From: a virus
Length of the DNA: 64,000 nucleotides
IMG/VR virus record: IMGVR_UViG_3300028029_000006
Location: 24,236 to 88,235 of that record
Strand: one strand, 5' to 3'
The translations under genes and the position numbers were made by a program. The first letter of the stretch is position 1; every line of letters begins with the position of its first letter. The notes under the pieces were generated by a model, which was not told where the DNA came from, made no database searches, and worked only from the letters and a program-made list of their open reading frames with translations. This document shows positions 9,621-21,200 of the stretch, in pieces.

Positions 9621-10333
9621 TGAGTAAATCAACCATAACAGACAATACTCAAAATGATGGTTTACTAAATACAACAACCATTAATGAATTTTCTAATGCT
9701 ACAACTTTTGTTGTTCCATCTGAAGATAGGGATTTCTCACGTCCAAAAGAGCCTTTTATGAATCAAACTTTCCCCGAAGATTCTGCTTTAGCCAATGATG
9801 GCGGAAAAGATTGGGTTAAACAAATTCAAAAAATTATGAAAGGAAACCCCATTAGCCCTTCATACCCAGGACCAATTGATGGCAAAATTAATCGAAAATT
9901 ATTAGATGTACTTCTTAATTTCTCCTGGACTCTCAAAAGAAAAACGGGAAAATCTTTTAATCTTATTAATGGTAACTCTATTAATCAAAGCCAATTTCTT
10001 AAAGCAATGGTTGTTTTGAAAAATTTTCTTAAACCAAAAAAAAAAATAAAAACAGAAGAAGTCACATTAAAAAAAAATGAAATAGTATTAGCATTTCAAA
10101 AATTCTTCTCAAGTTCTCATCCAATTATTGGTACCCTTTATAATGGATCTAAAGATGGTGAAATTAATTCTGAATTAATTACAGCAGCTCAAAAAGCAGA
10201 AGGAAAAATTTCTTTGGCAATTAATAATAAAAGTGTTAAAGGAATGATTTGGGGAGGAGATAATTTCTCAACCTCTCCTGATGATGTATCTACTGCTTTA
10301 AACTTCATTAATCAATATAAACAAAATACTTAA
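9620..10333 (+). CDS. Protein with two peptidoglycan-binding-like repeats
   Basis: VKQIQK...YPGPIDGKIN and VLAFQK...YNGSKDGEIN resemble the PG_binding_1 pattern. Confidence 0.45.
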   Translation: MSKSTITDNTQNDGLLNTTTINEFSNATTFVVPSEDRDFSRPKEPFMNQTFPEDSALANDGGKDWVKQIQKIMKGNPISPSYPGPIDGKINRKLLDVLLNFSWTLKRKTGKSFNLINGNSINQSQFLKAMVVLKNFLKPKKKIKTEEVTLKKNEIVLAFQKFFSSSHPIIGTLYNGSKDGEINSELITAAQKAEGKISLAINNKSVKGMIWGGDNFSTSPDDVSTALNFINQYKQNT

Positions 10334-10349
10334 GTTATATAATGTAAGT

Positions 10350-10592
10350 ATGAGAGTTATTAAAGATATTTTACATAATTTTGGAATTATTAAATACTCA
10401 GGAATAGATCTTGCTATATATAATACACAAAAAGCAGTTACAAGATTGAGAAGCAAAATTACAGACCTAGAAATGAGTGAATATGAACAATATGAACGGC
10501 CTGATTTAAATCATCTTTATGAAAAAATTGGCAGACAGGAAAAATATTTAAGTAGAATGAAAAAAAAACGTGATAAAAAATCAAATAAATAA
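10350..10592 (+). CDS. Hypothetical protein
   Basis: 80 aa ORF in operon orientation. Confidence 0.45.
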   Translation: MRVIKDILHNFGIIKYSGIDLAIYNTQKAVTRLRSKITDLEMSEYEQYERPDLNHLYEKIGRQEKYLSRMKKKRDKKSNK

Positions 10593-10731
10593 TGCTAATC
10601 ATTAAGAATATTTAATTTTCTATTAATATAGGTACATTATTATCGACCGATTCTTTTTAAAGCAATTTGGACGAAGTAAGACCTTTAAAGAAAATTTAAA
10701 TACGCTCAATAAGCGTTTATAGGATATAAAA

Positions 10732-11400
10732 ATGGCACTTAAACCGTTATTTGGAAAAAATCTTCCATATGGACAATTCGATGGTCTTGACTCACAAGTT
10801 ACTAGCTCCCTTGGTGGAGAGGTTTGTACTTTCACTTATGTTGCTTTAGCTACTGATACCCACGCTGCTGATGTAGAAGATGGTTATATGGCTGCTGCTA
10901 ATACTCGGGCTGCAGTTACAAGTACGTTAACTACTGGCGCACGTCCTCTTTTCCTTTGTGATGAAGGAACTTCAGGATATGGAACCATTTTCGGCTCCCT
11001 TGTTGGTGCTACTGTTGGTCAAATCGTTACTGGTGGAGCTGTTCTTGGACCGCACACTGCTGCTGGTTCTGGCAAAGTGACGCTTTGGGACGCTCATGGT
11101 ATGTACGGTATCACTCTTGATGCAGTTGATACTACAGTTAATAGCGGTTTAGTTCCGACTAACCCCGCTCTTGTTGGTGGAGATGCGATTTATGCTACTG
11201 CTGCGGGTCTCTTGACTCCTGACGCAGGTTCAGCATTTGAAGCAGTTGTTCTTGGTCGATTCATTGAATTCGCGCCTAATGGAAATCTTGTTACTTCTAG
11301 TCTTGGTCAGATTCAAGGTCTTAACTCTCCAACAGGTAGCTCTGCTCCTGGCGCACAGTTCGATATGGCAGTGATTCACTGGGCACCCGAACTTAGCTAA
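10732..11400 (+). CDS. Capsid cement/head decoration protein
   Basis: Gly/Ala/Thr-rich 222 aa with strong codon bias, just upstream of the major capsid gene; AGGA SD. Confidence 0.6.
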   Translation: MALKPLFGKNLPYGQFDGLDSQVTSSLGGEVCTFTYVALATDTHAADVEDGYMAAANTRAAVTSTLTTGARPLFLCDEGTSGYGTIFGSLVGATVGQIVTGGAVLGPHTAAGSGKVTLWDAHGMYGITLDAVDTTVNSGLVPTNPALVGGDAIYATAAGLLTPDAGSAFEAVVLGRFIEFAPNGNLVTSSLGQIQGLNSPTGSSAPGAQFDMAVIHWAPELS

Positions 11401-11421
11401 TACTTTTTAGCTTAACTTTTT

Positions 11422-11453
11422 AAAAAAGACCTAGTTTTCTAGGTCTTTTTTTT
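11422..11453 (+). terminator. Rho-independent terminator
   Basis: aaaaaagacctag-tttt-ctaggtctttttttt. Confidence 0.8.
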
Positions 11454-11476
11454 GTTTAAAATGATATATTCAATAT

Positions 11477-12256
11477 ATGCATCCATTAAACATATCTAAA
11501 GATAATCTAGAATATTTATATCTGAATCAAAAACTATCTGATTCAGAAATTGGAAAAATACATAAAGTTTCACTAGGTAGAATTCATAGACTTAGAAATA
11601 AATATAATATAAGTACAATTGAAAATTACCAAAGACATCATAAACAAAACTTATCATTAACAGAAAAAGAATTTTTAATTGGAACTTTACTTGGAGATGG
11701 GCATTTAAGATGGAGAAATAAAACATCTAAAAAGTCATATCCACAATTAATGCTTGAACAATCTATTAAACATCATGAATATATTATTTGGCTTAAAGAT
11801 CAAATGAATGATTGGCTTTTTAATCCTAAAAAAGAATTAAAACAAATAACAAAACCAAATAAAAAAACAAATAAAACATATTATTCTTATGCTTTTACTA
11901 CTATTTGCCATCCAGTTTTTATTGAGTTTTATAATGGGTTTTATAAAGATAAGAAATCTATTAATATAGAGTTTATTTCAAAATACTTTTCTAAATTATC
12001 TTTAGCTGTTTGGTTAATGGATGACGGAACGATCTCTAAAAACAGAAATATTATGCTTTGCTCTCATAATTTTACAAAAATGGATAATGAGTTGTTATCA
12101 AAATTTCTTAATGATAAATTTAACTTATCTTCAAATATTTGGAAGAGTAAAGATAAGTATTATTTAGGTTTTTCAAAAGAGAATTCAATTAAATTAACTA
12201 ACCTTATTAAAAATTTAGTGATACCTTCTATGCAATATAAACTTATTTCCCAATAA
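11477..12256 (+). CDS. Free-standing LAGLIDADG homing endonuclease with N-terminal HTH
   Basis: LIGTLLGDG and AVWLMDDG motifs (LAGLIDADG_2 type). Confidence 0.9.
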   Translation: MHPLNISKDNLEYLYLNQKLSDSEIGKIHKVSLGRIHRLRNKYNISTIENYQRHHKQNLSLTEKEFLIGTLLGDGHLRWRNKTSKKSYPQLMLEQSIKHHEYIIWLKDQMNDWLFNPKKELKQITKPNKKTNKTYYSYAFTTICHPVFIEFYNGFYKDKKSINIEFISKYFSKLSLAVWLMDDGTISKNRNIMLCSHNFTKMDNELLSKFLNDKFNLSSNIWKSKDKYYLGFSKENSIKLTNLIKNLVIPSMQYKLISQ

Positions 12257-12375
12257 ACATAATATACTCATATAGTTCTATCAATTTTTGAATATGGAAA
12301 TGCATTAATCTTTTTAATGCGTTTGAACAAAATCACTGGTTAAGTCGAGTGATACCAAATTTGGAGAACATATAT

Positions 12376-12658
12376 ATGAGTAATCTTTTTAATGCTCAAG
12401 GAGAAACGAATGCATCAAGTTTACAGGATGCACTTTCTGCCTTAGTAAAACACGCAGCCATTTTGCAAGACAATATGTCGTCAAATGTTGGCCTGACTGG
12501 TCAACCCGGATTGGGCGATGATCAGCGTGATGAGTTAATCACTCGCGCTATTCAGACTCATGAAGGAAAACTTGCTTTGGCTCAAGCGATGGCTAATCCT
12601 ATTCGTAGGAACCTTGATTATCAGGGAATTGCCAGAAGAGCGTTAGTTGTTGATCCGT
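12376..12658 (+). CDS. Major capsid protein, exon 1 (joins 13785..14515; 337 aa spliced)
   Basis: GGAG SD then ATG 12376; LAQAMANPIRRNLDYQGIARRALVVDP continues in frame as LPQGALPVYDRDID after splicing. Confidence 0.85.
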
Positions 12659-13784
12659 TAACGGTAGCGGCTTAATCAAGTAATTGATTAAGAAAATTTG
12701 GCTATATGCTGGAAACTCTGTTTAATATAATTGTACTTTTTAAAAAAATATCCTCGATACTGCATCAGGATGACATAGAAAAAGTAAAAATCAATTAAGC
12801 TGCGCAGACAATCAGCAGGAAAGAGAAAGATGATTCCTAAAGAAAAACTAATAGAACTATATGTCGAAAAACGATTAACTACTTATGAAATTGCAGAGAT
12901 TTACAGTCTCAATAGAACAACGATTTCTAAATGGTTAAAAAAATATGATATTGATATTAATCCGAAACAAAGAAAATTCGAATTAATAAAAAAAATACCA
13001 TTTACCAAAAAACAAAGAGAGTTAATTTTTGGTACGTTATTAGGCGATGGTTGTATTGCTCCACATGGTCGTAAAAATAAATCTCATAGATTATATATAG
13101 GCCATTGCGAAAAACAAAAAGATTTTGTTTTTTGGAAAAAAGAAATTCTTGGTAACTTCGTTAATGTAGTTAACAGGAATGTAGATAAAAGGGGCAATTC
13201 AATTATGTATAGTTTTGTATCCATTACCCATAATGAATTCAAATTTTTTTATAACCTTTTTTATGAAAATAATAAAAAAATAATAAGAGAATGCATGATT
13301 CATTATTTAACACCTTTTGCATTAGCAATTTTTGTTATGGATGATGGAAGTAGATACAAAGTAAAAAATACAATGAGAATATCTACAGATGGTTTTTCAA
13401 AAGAAGAAAATGAACTTTTATCAAAATTTATTAAATTGAATTTTAATATTAACGCAAAAGTTTGTGAATATAGCAGAAATGACAGGAAATATTATTACCT
13501 ATCATTTAATGTTAGAAATTCAGCTCTTCTTTCGGATGTTATTAGGCCATATGTTATTGACTGTTTAAGTTATAAACTATGCCCTTCTCGCTCCTCAACG
13601 ACTGAACGCCAAACTCCTGAAATTAAAATTATCCCAAAAATCTCTAATTGGAGAAAAGATTGGAAAATTTTAAAAAATAAAATTTCAGGAAGATGATACA
13701 GTCTGATCTGCATGTAAACATGTAGAGTTAGGCAGAAATGACCTAACCAACCTCACCGGAGGTTGTAACAAAACTCCCATTATG
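12659..13784 (+). mobile_element. Group I self-splicing intron (1126 nt) in the major capsid gene
   Basis: 5' exon ends in U; P1 pairs ccgU with gcgg (U.G wobble); P10 pairs ggta with tacc. P atgctggaaa ~12706, Q aatcagcagg ~12810, R tcaacgactg ~13595, S gatacagtct ~13695; P3 tttggc/gccaaa; terminal G at 13784. Confidence 0.92.
12830..13696 (+). CDS. Intron-encoded LAGLIDADG homing endonuclease
   Basis: IFGTLLGDG and AIFVMDDG motifs; lies between intron elements Q and S. Confidence 0.9.
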   Translation: MIPKEKLIELYVEKRLTTYEIAEIYSLNRTTISKWLKKYDIDINPKQRKFELIKKIPFTKKQRELIFGTLLGDGCIAPHGRKNKSHRLYIGHCEKQKDFVFWKKEILGNFVNVVNRNVDKRGNSIMYSFVSITHNEFKFFYNLFYENNKKIIRECMIHYLTPFALAIFVMDDGSRYKVKNTMRISTDGFSKEENELLSKFIKLNFNINAKVCEYSRNDRKYYYLSFNVRNSALLSDVIRPYVIDCLSYKLCPSRSSTTERQTPEIKIIPKISNWRKDWKILKNKISGR

Positions 13785-14515
13785 TACCACAGGGAGCCCT
13801 TCCGGTTTATGATCGTGATATTGATGTGACTGCAGTAGTCATTTCAGCTCATGGTTCTGGTCCTGAATCTCGTGTTTTTGGAGATCGTGTTACGATTCCT
13901 GAGTTTGAAGTTTATTCAAACCCGACTGTTCGTATCGCTGAAGTGAAAAGACGTAGATTCAACGTAATTGATCGTGCGGTTCAGAAAGCACGTCAAGAGA
14001 TTATGGCACAAGAAGACGCTAACGTCTTCGCAGCTCTCGATGCTTCTGCTGTAGTTGAAAACCAACCTCAGGATGTTGCTGATGGTGGTCTTCTTAAGCG
14101 AGATCTTGTTGAACTTAAGGTTCAGGTTGATCGTTGGGACCTGGTTACGACCAAGTTCTTCATGAACATCAATGAATTCACTGATATCCTTAACTGGGCA
14201 TCTGGTGGTGGACAAGGCGCTGGTGGTGGAGAAGTTGATGCTGTCACGCAGCGAGAGATCCTTCAAACTGGGCTTTATGCTCACATTTGGGGAGCTGACA
14301 TCATGGTGTCAAAGATCGTGCCTCCTGGAACGATTTACTCTTGTGCCGATCCTGAATTTGTTGGGGTCATGCCGATTAGGCAAGATATCGAAGTATTGCC
14401 AGCGGATGAACCTCGCAAGCTTAGCCTGGGTTGGGTCGTCTCAGAAATCATTGGAATTGGTATTGTTAACCCCCGAGGCGTTGCAAAGGGCAGCAAATCC
14501 CAAGCACCTGGTTGA
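13785..14515 (+). CDS. Major capsid protein, exon 2 (HK97-like fold)
   Basis: PEFEVYSNPTVRIAEVKRRRFNVIDRAVQKARQEIMAQED...GWVVSEIIGIGIVNPRGV; strong codon bias. Confidence 0.85.
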
Positions 14516-14541
14516 GCTAAAACCTAGTAAATAGATAGTTA

Positions 14542-14576
14542 AATAGGGCCGCTGGAATTCCAGCGGCCTTATTTTA
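14542..14576. terminator. Bidirectional terminator between convergent capsid and endonuclease genes
   Basis: aatagggccgctgga-at-tccagcggccttatttt. Confidence 0.8.
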
Positions 14577-15620
14577 TTTGTCCGAATAACGCTTTGAATA
14601 TCCTTGTATATTATTTTTAATTAGACATTGTGTCTCATCTATTTGATTAAGCAACTTTAAATATATTGAATGTTTACGATCCATAAATATATTGGCATCA
14701 CTGTAAAGCCATTTCATAATTTTTTCTACTTGCCTATTACCAGCCGATGTAACATCAAATACTACAGAGTGTTGTGTACTTAAATAAATACCCATGTTTA
14801 CATTTACATTATCTATAATCACTTTTCTAACTTCTTCTGCAAATTGTTTAATAGAAGTAATTTTAAAATATGAACTGGCACCTTTTTTAGTGTTAACATA
14901 AATACTACCATCGCCATCAAAATAACCTCTTATGAAGTGCTTTTGTAATTCTGAATCTAACCATGTTGGGAAGGTAATTTTAAATGTCTTAGCTGGCATA
15001 CAACCTTGCTTCTCTAAAATTGAACAAATGTGTTTACTGTTTATATTCAAATAACAGCTGTAGTAGTTTTTAAGACCATTTCCTAAATCTCTTTTTCGAG
15101 TGCATGATTTTACATGAATTTCGGGATTTTCTTTATAAATCAGTTTGGCAAATTTATGTAAAATATCATTATCTTGTTTTTGCAATTCAATTCGCACAAA
15201 ATTCCCAGATTTAACATTGCCACCATCAGCGTAAAGAAAACCTAAAAAATAAGCTTTTTCTTCTGTGTTTATCACATCAAAAAAATCTTCATTAATTGGA
15301 TATTTCCTATGACATTCAGATGAATTACGTATTTCAATATTGTTTCTTTTTAAATATCTAAGAATAATCGTATTACTTACATTGTAAGTATTTGCAATTT
15401 GTGAGGCAGATTGTCCATCGGAATAAAGTTGACACATATCCTTTATATCTTTATGTAAAAGTTTACAAATTTTAGTTCTAATTTTAATATCTTCACTTTT
15501 TAATAGTTTAAGTATATATGTTGAAGATCGACTAAATCTCTTAGCTATCTTGGTTGAACCTATGCCGTTTATATATAGTTTTTTAATATCTTTTTTTTCT
15601 TCATCTGTTAATTTCGCCAT
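14574..15620 (-). CDS. Free-standing LAGLIDADG endonuclease with tandem HTH N-terminus
   Basis: YFLGFLYADG and FIRGYFDGDG motifs. Confidence 0.9.
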   Translation of the reverse strand: MAKLTDEEKKDIKKLYINGIGSTKIAKRFSRSSTYILKLLKSEDIKIRTKICKLLHKDIKDMCQLYSDGQSASQIANTYNVSNTIILRYLKRNNIEIRNSSECHRKYPINEDFFDVINTEEKAYFLGFLYADGGNVKSGNFVRIELQKQDNDILHKFAKLIYKENPEIHVKSCTRKRDLGNGLKNYYSCYLNINSKHICSILEKQGCMPAKTFKITFPTWLDSELQKHFIRGYFDGDGSIYVNTKKGASSYFKITSIKQFAEEVRKVIIDNVNVNMGIYLSTQHSVVFDVTSAGNRQVEKIMKWLYSDANIFMDRKHSIYLKLLNQIDETQCLIKNNIQGYSKRYSDK

Positions 15621-15676
15621 TTTAAGCCTTTTTTTTAAGGGGTGCTAGTTAGTCTCTGATGGTTATATAAACAACT

Positions 15677-16645
15677 ATGGCACATTTGACTTCACCTCAA
15701 ATAGATGAAATTATTGAATTATATTTATCTGGAAAATCTCCAAAAGAGATTGGTAATTTGTTTGGAATTTATAATTCCAGTGTTAGCAGAATAATTCGAC
15801 GAAATAATATACCATGCAATCAACAAAACAGAATAACAGATGAACAATTATTTTATATTTGTGAAAATTATGTATTAGGTAATAGCTCTGAGAAAATAGC
15901 TAAGGAATTAAATATTAATCCTAGTACAGTTTGTAGGATTTTAAAAAGAAACAATATTAAAATTAGGGACAACTCAGAAAATAAAAGAAAATACTGGTTG
16001 AATAAACATTGGTTAGATGATATTGATTCACAAGAGAAAGCTTATTTCTTGGGGATATTTTGGGCTGATGGGAGTGTTAGTAAATCTAAAAATGACATTT
16101 CTTTACGTCTACACACCAAAGATAGAGACGTATTGACGAAAATATCTCACTTTTTCTATGGAAAAGATCGTGTTAGTGATTATATTGAAGACACCAACAA
16201 GGTCAGCACACCTGTGTCAAGGATATCCTTGTATTCAGAATATTTAAAAAACAGGATGAAATGTTTAGGAATTAAGCCTAACAAGTCTAAACAGATTAAA
16301 TTTCCGACTAAAAAAGCAATTAAAAGCAGTTTATTATCTCATTTCATTCGAGGCTTGTTGGATGGTGATGGTTGTATATGTATAAGGCGAAATGGCAGAG
16401 CTACTGTTGACTTCACTGGAAATACATATGTGATTAACGCTTTGAATTATAAATTATTGAAGCTTGATTTTAATAATAGAGTTTATTATAGTGAAATTAA
16501 AGATTCGTGGTCATTACAAATTAATAGTGATAGTAATATTATTAATTTTTTAGATTGGATTTATAAGGATAGTACAATTCATTTGGAAAGGAAATATGCA
16601 AAATATAGAGAAATCAAAAATAGATCAGATCAAACAAATGACTGA
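15677..16645 (+). CDS. Free-standing LAGLIDADG endonuclease with tandem HTH N-terminus
   Basis: YFLGIFWADG and FIRGLLDGDG motifs. Confidence 0.9.
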   Translation: MAHLTSPQIDEIIELYLSGKSPKEIGNLFGIYNSSVSRIIRRNNIPCNQQNRITDEQLFYICENYVLGNSSEKIAKELNINPSTVCRILKRNNIKIRDNSENKRKYWLNKHWLDDIDSQEKAYFLGIFWADGSVSKSKNDISLRLHTKDRDVLTKISHFFYGKDRVSDYIEDTNKVSTPVSRISLYSEYLKNRMKCLGIKPNKSKQIKFPTKKAIKSSLLSHFIRGLLDGDGCICIRRNGRATVDFTGNTYVINALNYKLLKLDFNNRVYYSEIKDSWSLQINSDSNIINFLDWIYKDSTIHLERKYAKYREIKNRSDQTND

Positions 16646-18218
16646 AGAAGGGTATTCTGCGAGAAAAATTGCGAGAAATCTAGATATTAAGTTCACAAAA
16701 GTTAAGGAAATTGTTAAAAGCAACGAATTTTCAATTAAAAAAGAGTTATTTGATTATGATTTAATTGATAGTATAATTAGATTATATGAATTAGGTGTTT
16801 CTGCTAAGAATTTGGGTATTAAATTTTCTATTGATAAGAGAAGAGTGCAGCGTTGGGCTAAAGAGAAGGGTCTTTTAAGAGAGAGAGGTGGTGATAATCG
16901 ATTAAAACATCAAATTAAAGTTAAACCTATCACAGCTAAGAAAATTATTGAGTCTATTATTGTCCCTAAAAAGGTAGAGAAGGTTAGGGTGGAGAAAAAG
17001 ATTTCTGTTTTAAAGCCTTGTTTGAGCGAGAACCCTAATTTAAGACCTGAAAAGAAAAAATGGGTTGGAGAGATTAATTTTCCAAAGACTAATAATATAA
17101 GTAATGATCATGACACATTAATTTATAATGATCATTTAATTTGGAAAGGCAATAAATTAACGGATAAATTTTTAAGAACTGTTGATGAGGAAGCTAGAGA
17201 TGAGATTGGTAAAGATATTTTTAATTTCTATCTTAAGTATGATTTTGGTAATTTCAGAGTTCCTGAGGATAGAATTAAGAGAAGCATGTTATCTTTGAAA
17301 GCATATAAACCTAAAAGTGAAATTATTGATGATATTGTTTATTTATCTAATTCTGGGACTACAGGTTATGATGTATATAAAGGTTTTTTTCCAAATATAA
17401 TTAAGATTAAAGGAGTTGGTCGTCCATCTGTATATGATGTTGTTACTAATAGAGAGAAGTTATGGGCAACTATAAGGAATAGGTTGGGAAATACTTTATT
17501 ATGGAATCCTGGTGGGGGAACGCCTGTACAGTTCCCAATGAATCAAACATTGTCTCAATTATTAATTGGGGCTAAGAATTCTGGTTTGGCTAGTATGGGT
17601 TCTATTTTTAAGCCGACTGTAGCTAAGGCTATTTATCAGCAGTGGGCTGGAAATGATTTTAATGTATTGGATTATTCATGTGGTTTTGGTACTAGATTGT
17701 TGGGTTTAATGGGTTGTGGTTTTGATAATGTTAAGTATTTTGGATATGAACCTAATACAGAAACTTATAATGGTTTAATTAAGATGATTGATTATTTTGA
17801 TTTTGATGCTAAGATTAAAAAATGCGGTTCTGAGGTGGAGTGTTTTTCTGAGAAGATGGATTTGGCATTTAGTTCTCCTCCATATTGGACTCAGGAGATT
17901 TATAGTGACGAGGCTACTCAGTGTTATAACAAATTTACTGAGTATAAAGATTGGTTGAAGGGTTATTGGAGAGCTACTGTTAAGAATATAAACTTTATGT
18001 TAAAGGATGATGGTGTGTTTGGGATTAATATTGGCGGACAATCAAATCCTTTAATGCAAAAATTAGCTGATGATCTTAATAAAATTATTGTTGATGAGGG
18101 TTTTGAGTTAACTGATACTTGGTATATGAAAACAAGCAAAAGTCATTTATCTGGTAAGAAAAATAATCCTAATAAGAAGATTAAATTGGAAGGGATCTTT
18201 TTTTATAAGAAAAGATAA
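16596..18218 (+). CDS. DNA amino-methyltransferase (m4C/m6A) with N-terminal HTH repeats
   Basis: SAM motif VLDYSCGFG followed by catalytic SPPY. Confidence 0.8.
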   Translation: MQNIEKSKIDQIKQMTEEGYSARKIARNLDIKFTKVKEIVKSNEFSIKKELFDYDLIDSIIRLYELGVSAKNLGIKFSIDKRRVQRWAKEKGLLRERGGDNRLKHQIKVKPITAKKIIESIIVPKKVEKVRVEKKISVLKPCLSENPNLRPEKKKWVGEINFPKTNNISNDHDTLIYNDHLIWKGNKLTDKFLRTVDEEARDEIGKDIFNFYLKYDFGNFRVPEDRIKRSMLSLKAYKPKSEIIDDIVYLSNSGTTGYDVYKGFFPNIIKIKGVGRPSVYDVVTNREKLWATIRNRLGNTLLWNPGGGTPVQFPMNQTLSQLLIGAKNSGLASMGSIFKPTVAKAIYQQWAGNDFNVLDYSCGFGTRLLGLMGCGFDNVKYFGYEPNTETYNGLIKMIDYFDFDAKIKKCGSEVECFSEKMDLAFSSPPYWTQEIYSDEATQCYNKFTEYKDWLKGYWRATVKNINFMLKDDGVFGINIGGQSNPLMQKLADDLNKIIVDEGFELTDTWYMKTSKSHLSGKKNNPNKKIKLEGIFFYKKR

Positions 18219-18224
18219 TTAAAA

Positions 18225-21200
18225 ATGAAAGAATTAATAATAAAATTAGCTGAAAAGTATAGTGCCAATGGATCTTTTGTGAGTTTTGAACATGATGGTA
18301 AATTGAGCGAAGAATCCCAAAAAAAATTTAAAGATAATATAGATTGGGCTTACATTTCTCAATTTGAAGTGTTATCTGAAGATTTCATTAGAGAATTTAA
18401 AGATAAAGTAAATTGGATGTATGTATCTTTTTATCAAGATTTATCAGAGAATTTTATTAGAGAATTTCAAGATAAAGTAGATTGGGTTAAAATATCTTCT
18501 TACCAAAAGTTATCAGAAGAGTTTATTAAAGAGTTTAAAGATAAAGTAGATTGGTTTTCTATATCTTATAATCAAAATTTATCTAAAAAGTTTAAAAAAG
18601 AATTCCAACATAAATTAAATCCAGAATCAAAAAAAGAAGTTATGAAAAATTCATTAAAAGAAGAAATTAAGAAAATTGCCAAATTAAGTGATTGTTCAGG
18701 GATGGTATTTAATGATAATGGTAAATTAACTGAAAAATCAAGGAAAAAATTTAAAGATAAAGTAAATTGGATGTATGTATCTTTTTATCAAGATTTATCA
18801 GAGAATTTTATTAGAGAATTTCAAGATAATGTAGATTGGTTTTGGTTATCTTGTGGTAATAATCCTGAAGATTTTATTCGAGAATTCAGCCATAAAGTAG
18901 ATTGGAAATCTATATCTTCTAATCAGAATTTACCTGAAGAGTTTATTCGAGAATTCAGCCATAAAGTAGATTGGGTTTGGATATCTAGACGTCCGAATTT
19001 ATCTAAAGAATTCGAAAAAGAGTTTCAATATAAATTAAATGAAGCTATGAAAGATTCATTAAAAGAAGAATTTGAGGATAATATAAATTGGTTAAAGGTA
19101 TCTGAATCTCAAAAGTTATCTGAAAATTTTATTAGAGAGTTTCAAGATAAAGTAGATTGGGGTTATATATCTTGTTATCAAGATTTATCTGAAAATTTTA
19201 TTAGAGAGTTTCAAGATAAAGTAGTTTGGTTAAATATATCTAAATCTCAAAAATTATCTAAAGATTTCAAAAAAGAATTCCAACATAAATTAAATCCAGA
19301 ATCAAAAAAAGAAGTTATGAAAGATTCATTAAAAAAAGAAATTATATATCTTGCTCGTTTAAATAATTGTTTAGATATGACGTTTGATGAAGATACTGGT
19401 AAGCTAACAACAAAATCAAAAGAAGAATTTAAAGAGAGAGTATTTTTAACTTGTCACCATGAAGAATTATCTGAAGATTTCATTATAGAGTTTCAAAATG
19501 AAATAGGTTGGACATCTATATCTATTTATCAAAATTTATCAGAGAATTTCATGAGAGAATTTCAGCATGAATTAAATTGGGTTAATATATCTAGATGTCA
19601 AAAGTTATCTGAAGATTTTATTAGAAATTTTCAACATAAAGTAGATTGGTTTTGTATATCTAAATATCAGGTATTATCTGAAGATTTTATTAGAGAATTT
19701 CAAGGTAGAGTTAATTGGCCTGAAATATCTTGTAACCAAGTATTATCAGAAGATTTCAAGGAAGAATTTAAACATAAATTGAATCAAACAAGAATAAATG
19801 AAATTGATTTTTTTAAAAACCTCCATAACGAGACAAATTCGGAATCGCTATCTACAGAATTTTTTATAGAACTACAACATAAACTAGATATAGATAAATT
19901 AAATTCAGGCTTAAAAAAAGAAATTAAGAAAATTGCCAAATTAAATAATTGTTCAGAGATGATGTTTAATTGTTATAATGGTGAATTAACTAAAAAATCA
20001 AGAGAAGAGTTTATAAATAAAGTAGATTGGATAGCTATATCTACTCAAAAACTATCAGAAGATTTCATTAAAGAATTTCAAGATGAAGTAGATTGGCGTA
20101 ATATATCTAATAATCAAAAACTATCAGAAGGTTTTATAAGAGAATTCAAAGATAAAGTGTGGTGGTATGAAATATCCATTAATCAAAAACTATCAGAAGG
20201 TTTTATAAGAGAATTCAAAGATAAAGTGTGGTGGTATGAAATATCCATATATCAAAAGTTATCTGAAGAGTTTACTAAAGAATTTAAAGATAAAGTAGTT
20301 TGGTTAAATATATCTCATAAGCAAAATTTATCTGAAGATTTTATTAAAGAATTTCAAAATAAAGTAAATTGGATTAATATTTCTTATCACCAAAACTTAT
20401 CAGAAGGTTTTATTAAAGAATTTAAAGATGAAGTAGATTGGGATGGTATATCTAATAATCAAAAACTATCCGAAGATTTCATTAGAGAATTTCAAAATAA
20501 AGTAAATTGGTTTTCTATATCTTATAATCAAAATTTATCTAAAAAGTTTAAAAAAGAATTCCAACATAAATTAAATCCAGAATCAAAAAAAGAAGTTACG
20601 AAAGATTCATTAAAAGAAGAAATTAAGAAAATTGCCAAATTAAGTTATTGTTCAGAGATGGCGTTTGATTATTATAACGGTAAATTAACTGAAAAATCAA
20701 GGAAAAAATTTAAAGATAAAGTAGATTGGTACAATATATCTAGTTGGCAAGACTTATCTGAAGAGTTTATTAAAGAATTTCAAGATGAGGTATGTTGGGG
20801 TGATATATCTTGTTATCAAAAATTATCAGAAGGTTTTATTAGAGAATTTCAAGATGAGGTATGTTGGGGTGATATATCTTGTTATCAAAAATTATCAGAA
20901 GGTTTTATTAGAGAATTTCAAGATAAAGTAGATTGGGTTAACATATCTCATAAGCAAATTTTGTCTGAAGATTTTATTAGAGAGTTTCAAGATAAAGTAT
21001 GTTGGCACTACATATCTTTAAGTCAGGTATTATCAGAAAAGTTTAAAGAAGAGTTTCAGCATAAATTAGATCCAACAAAGAAAAAAACAAAAATAGATCT
21101 AGTAAAACAATCTGGAAATAAAATTAAAGATTCAATCAAACATGGAATTGCAGTTGGAGCTGCTACAGAAGCGATTAATTATGTGTTTAATTTAATATCA

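Noticed and set aside
11401-12375. Endonuclease 11477..12256 as part of a second intron
   Set aside because: The upstream gene ends cleanly with a terminator, and no P/Q/R/S elements were found
12349-12675. 108-aa and 229-aa (13826..14515) ORFs as two separate genes
   Set aside because: They are the two exons of one capsid gene
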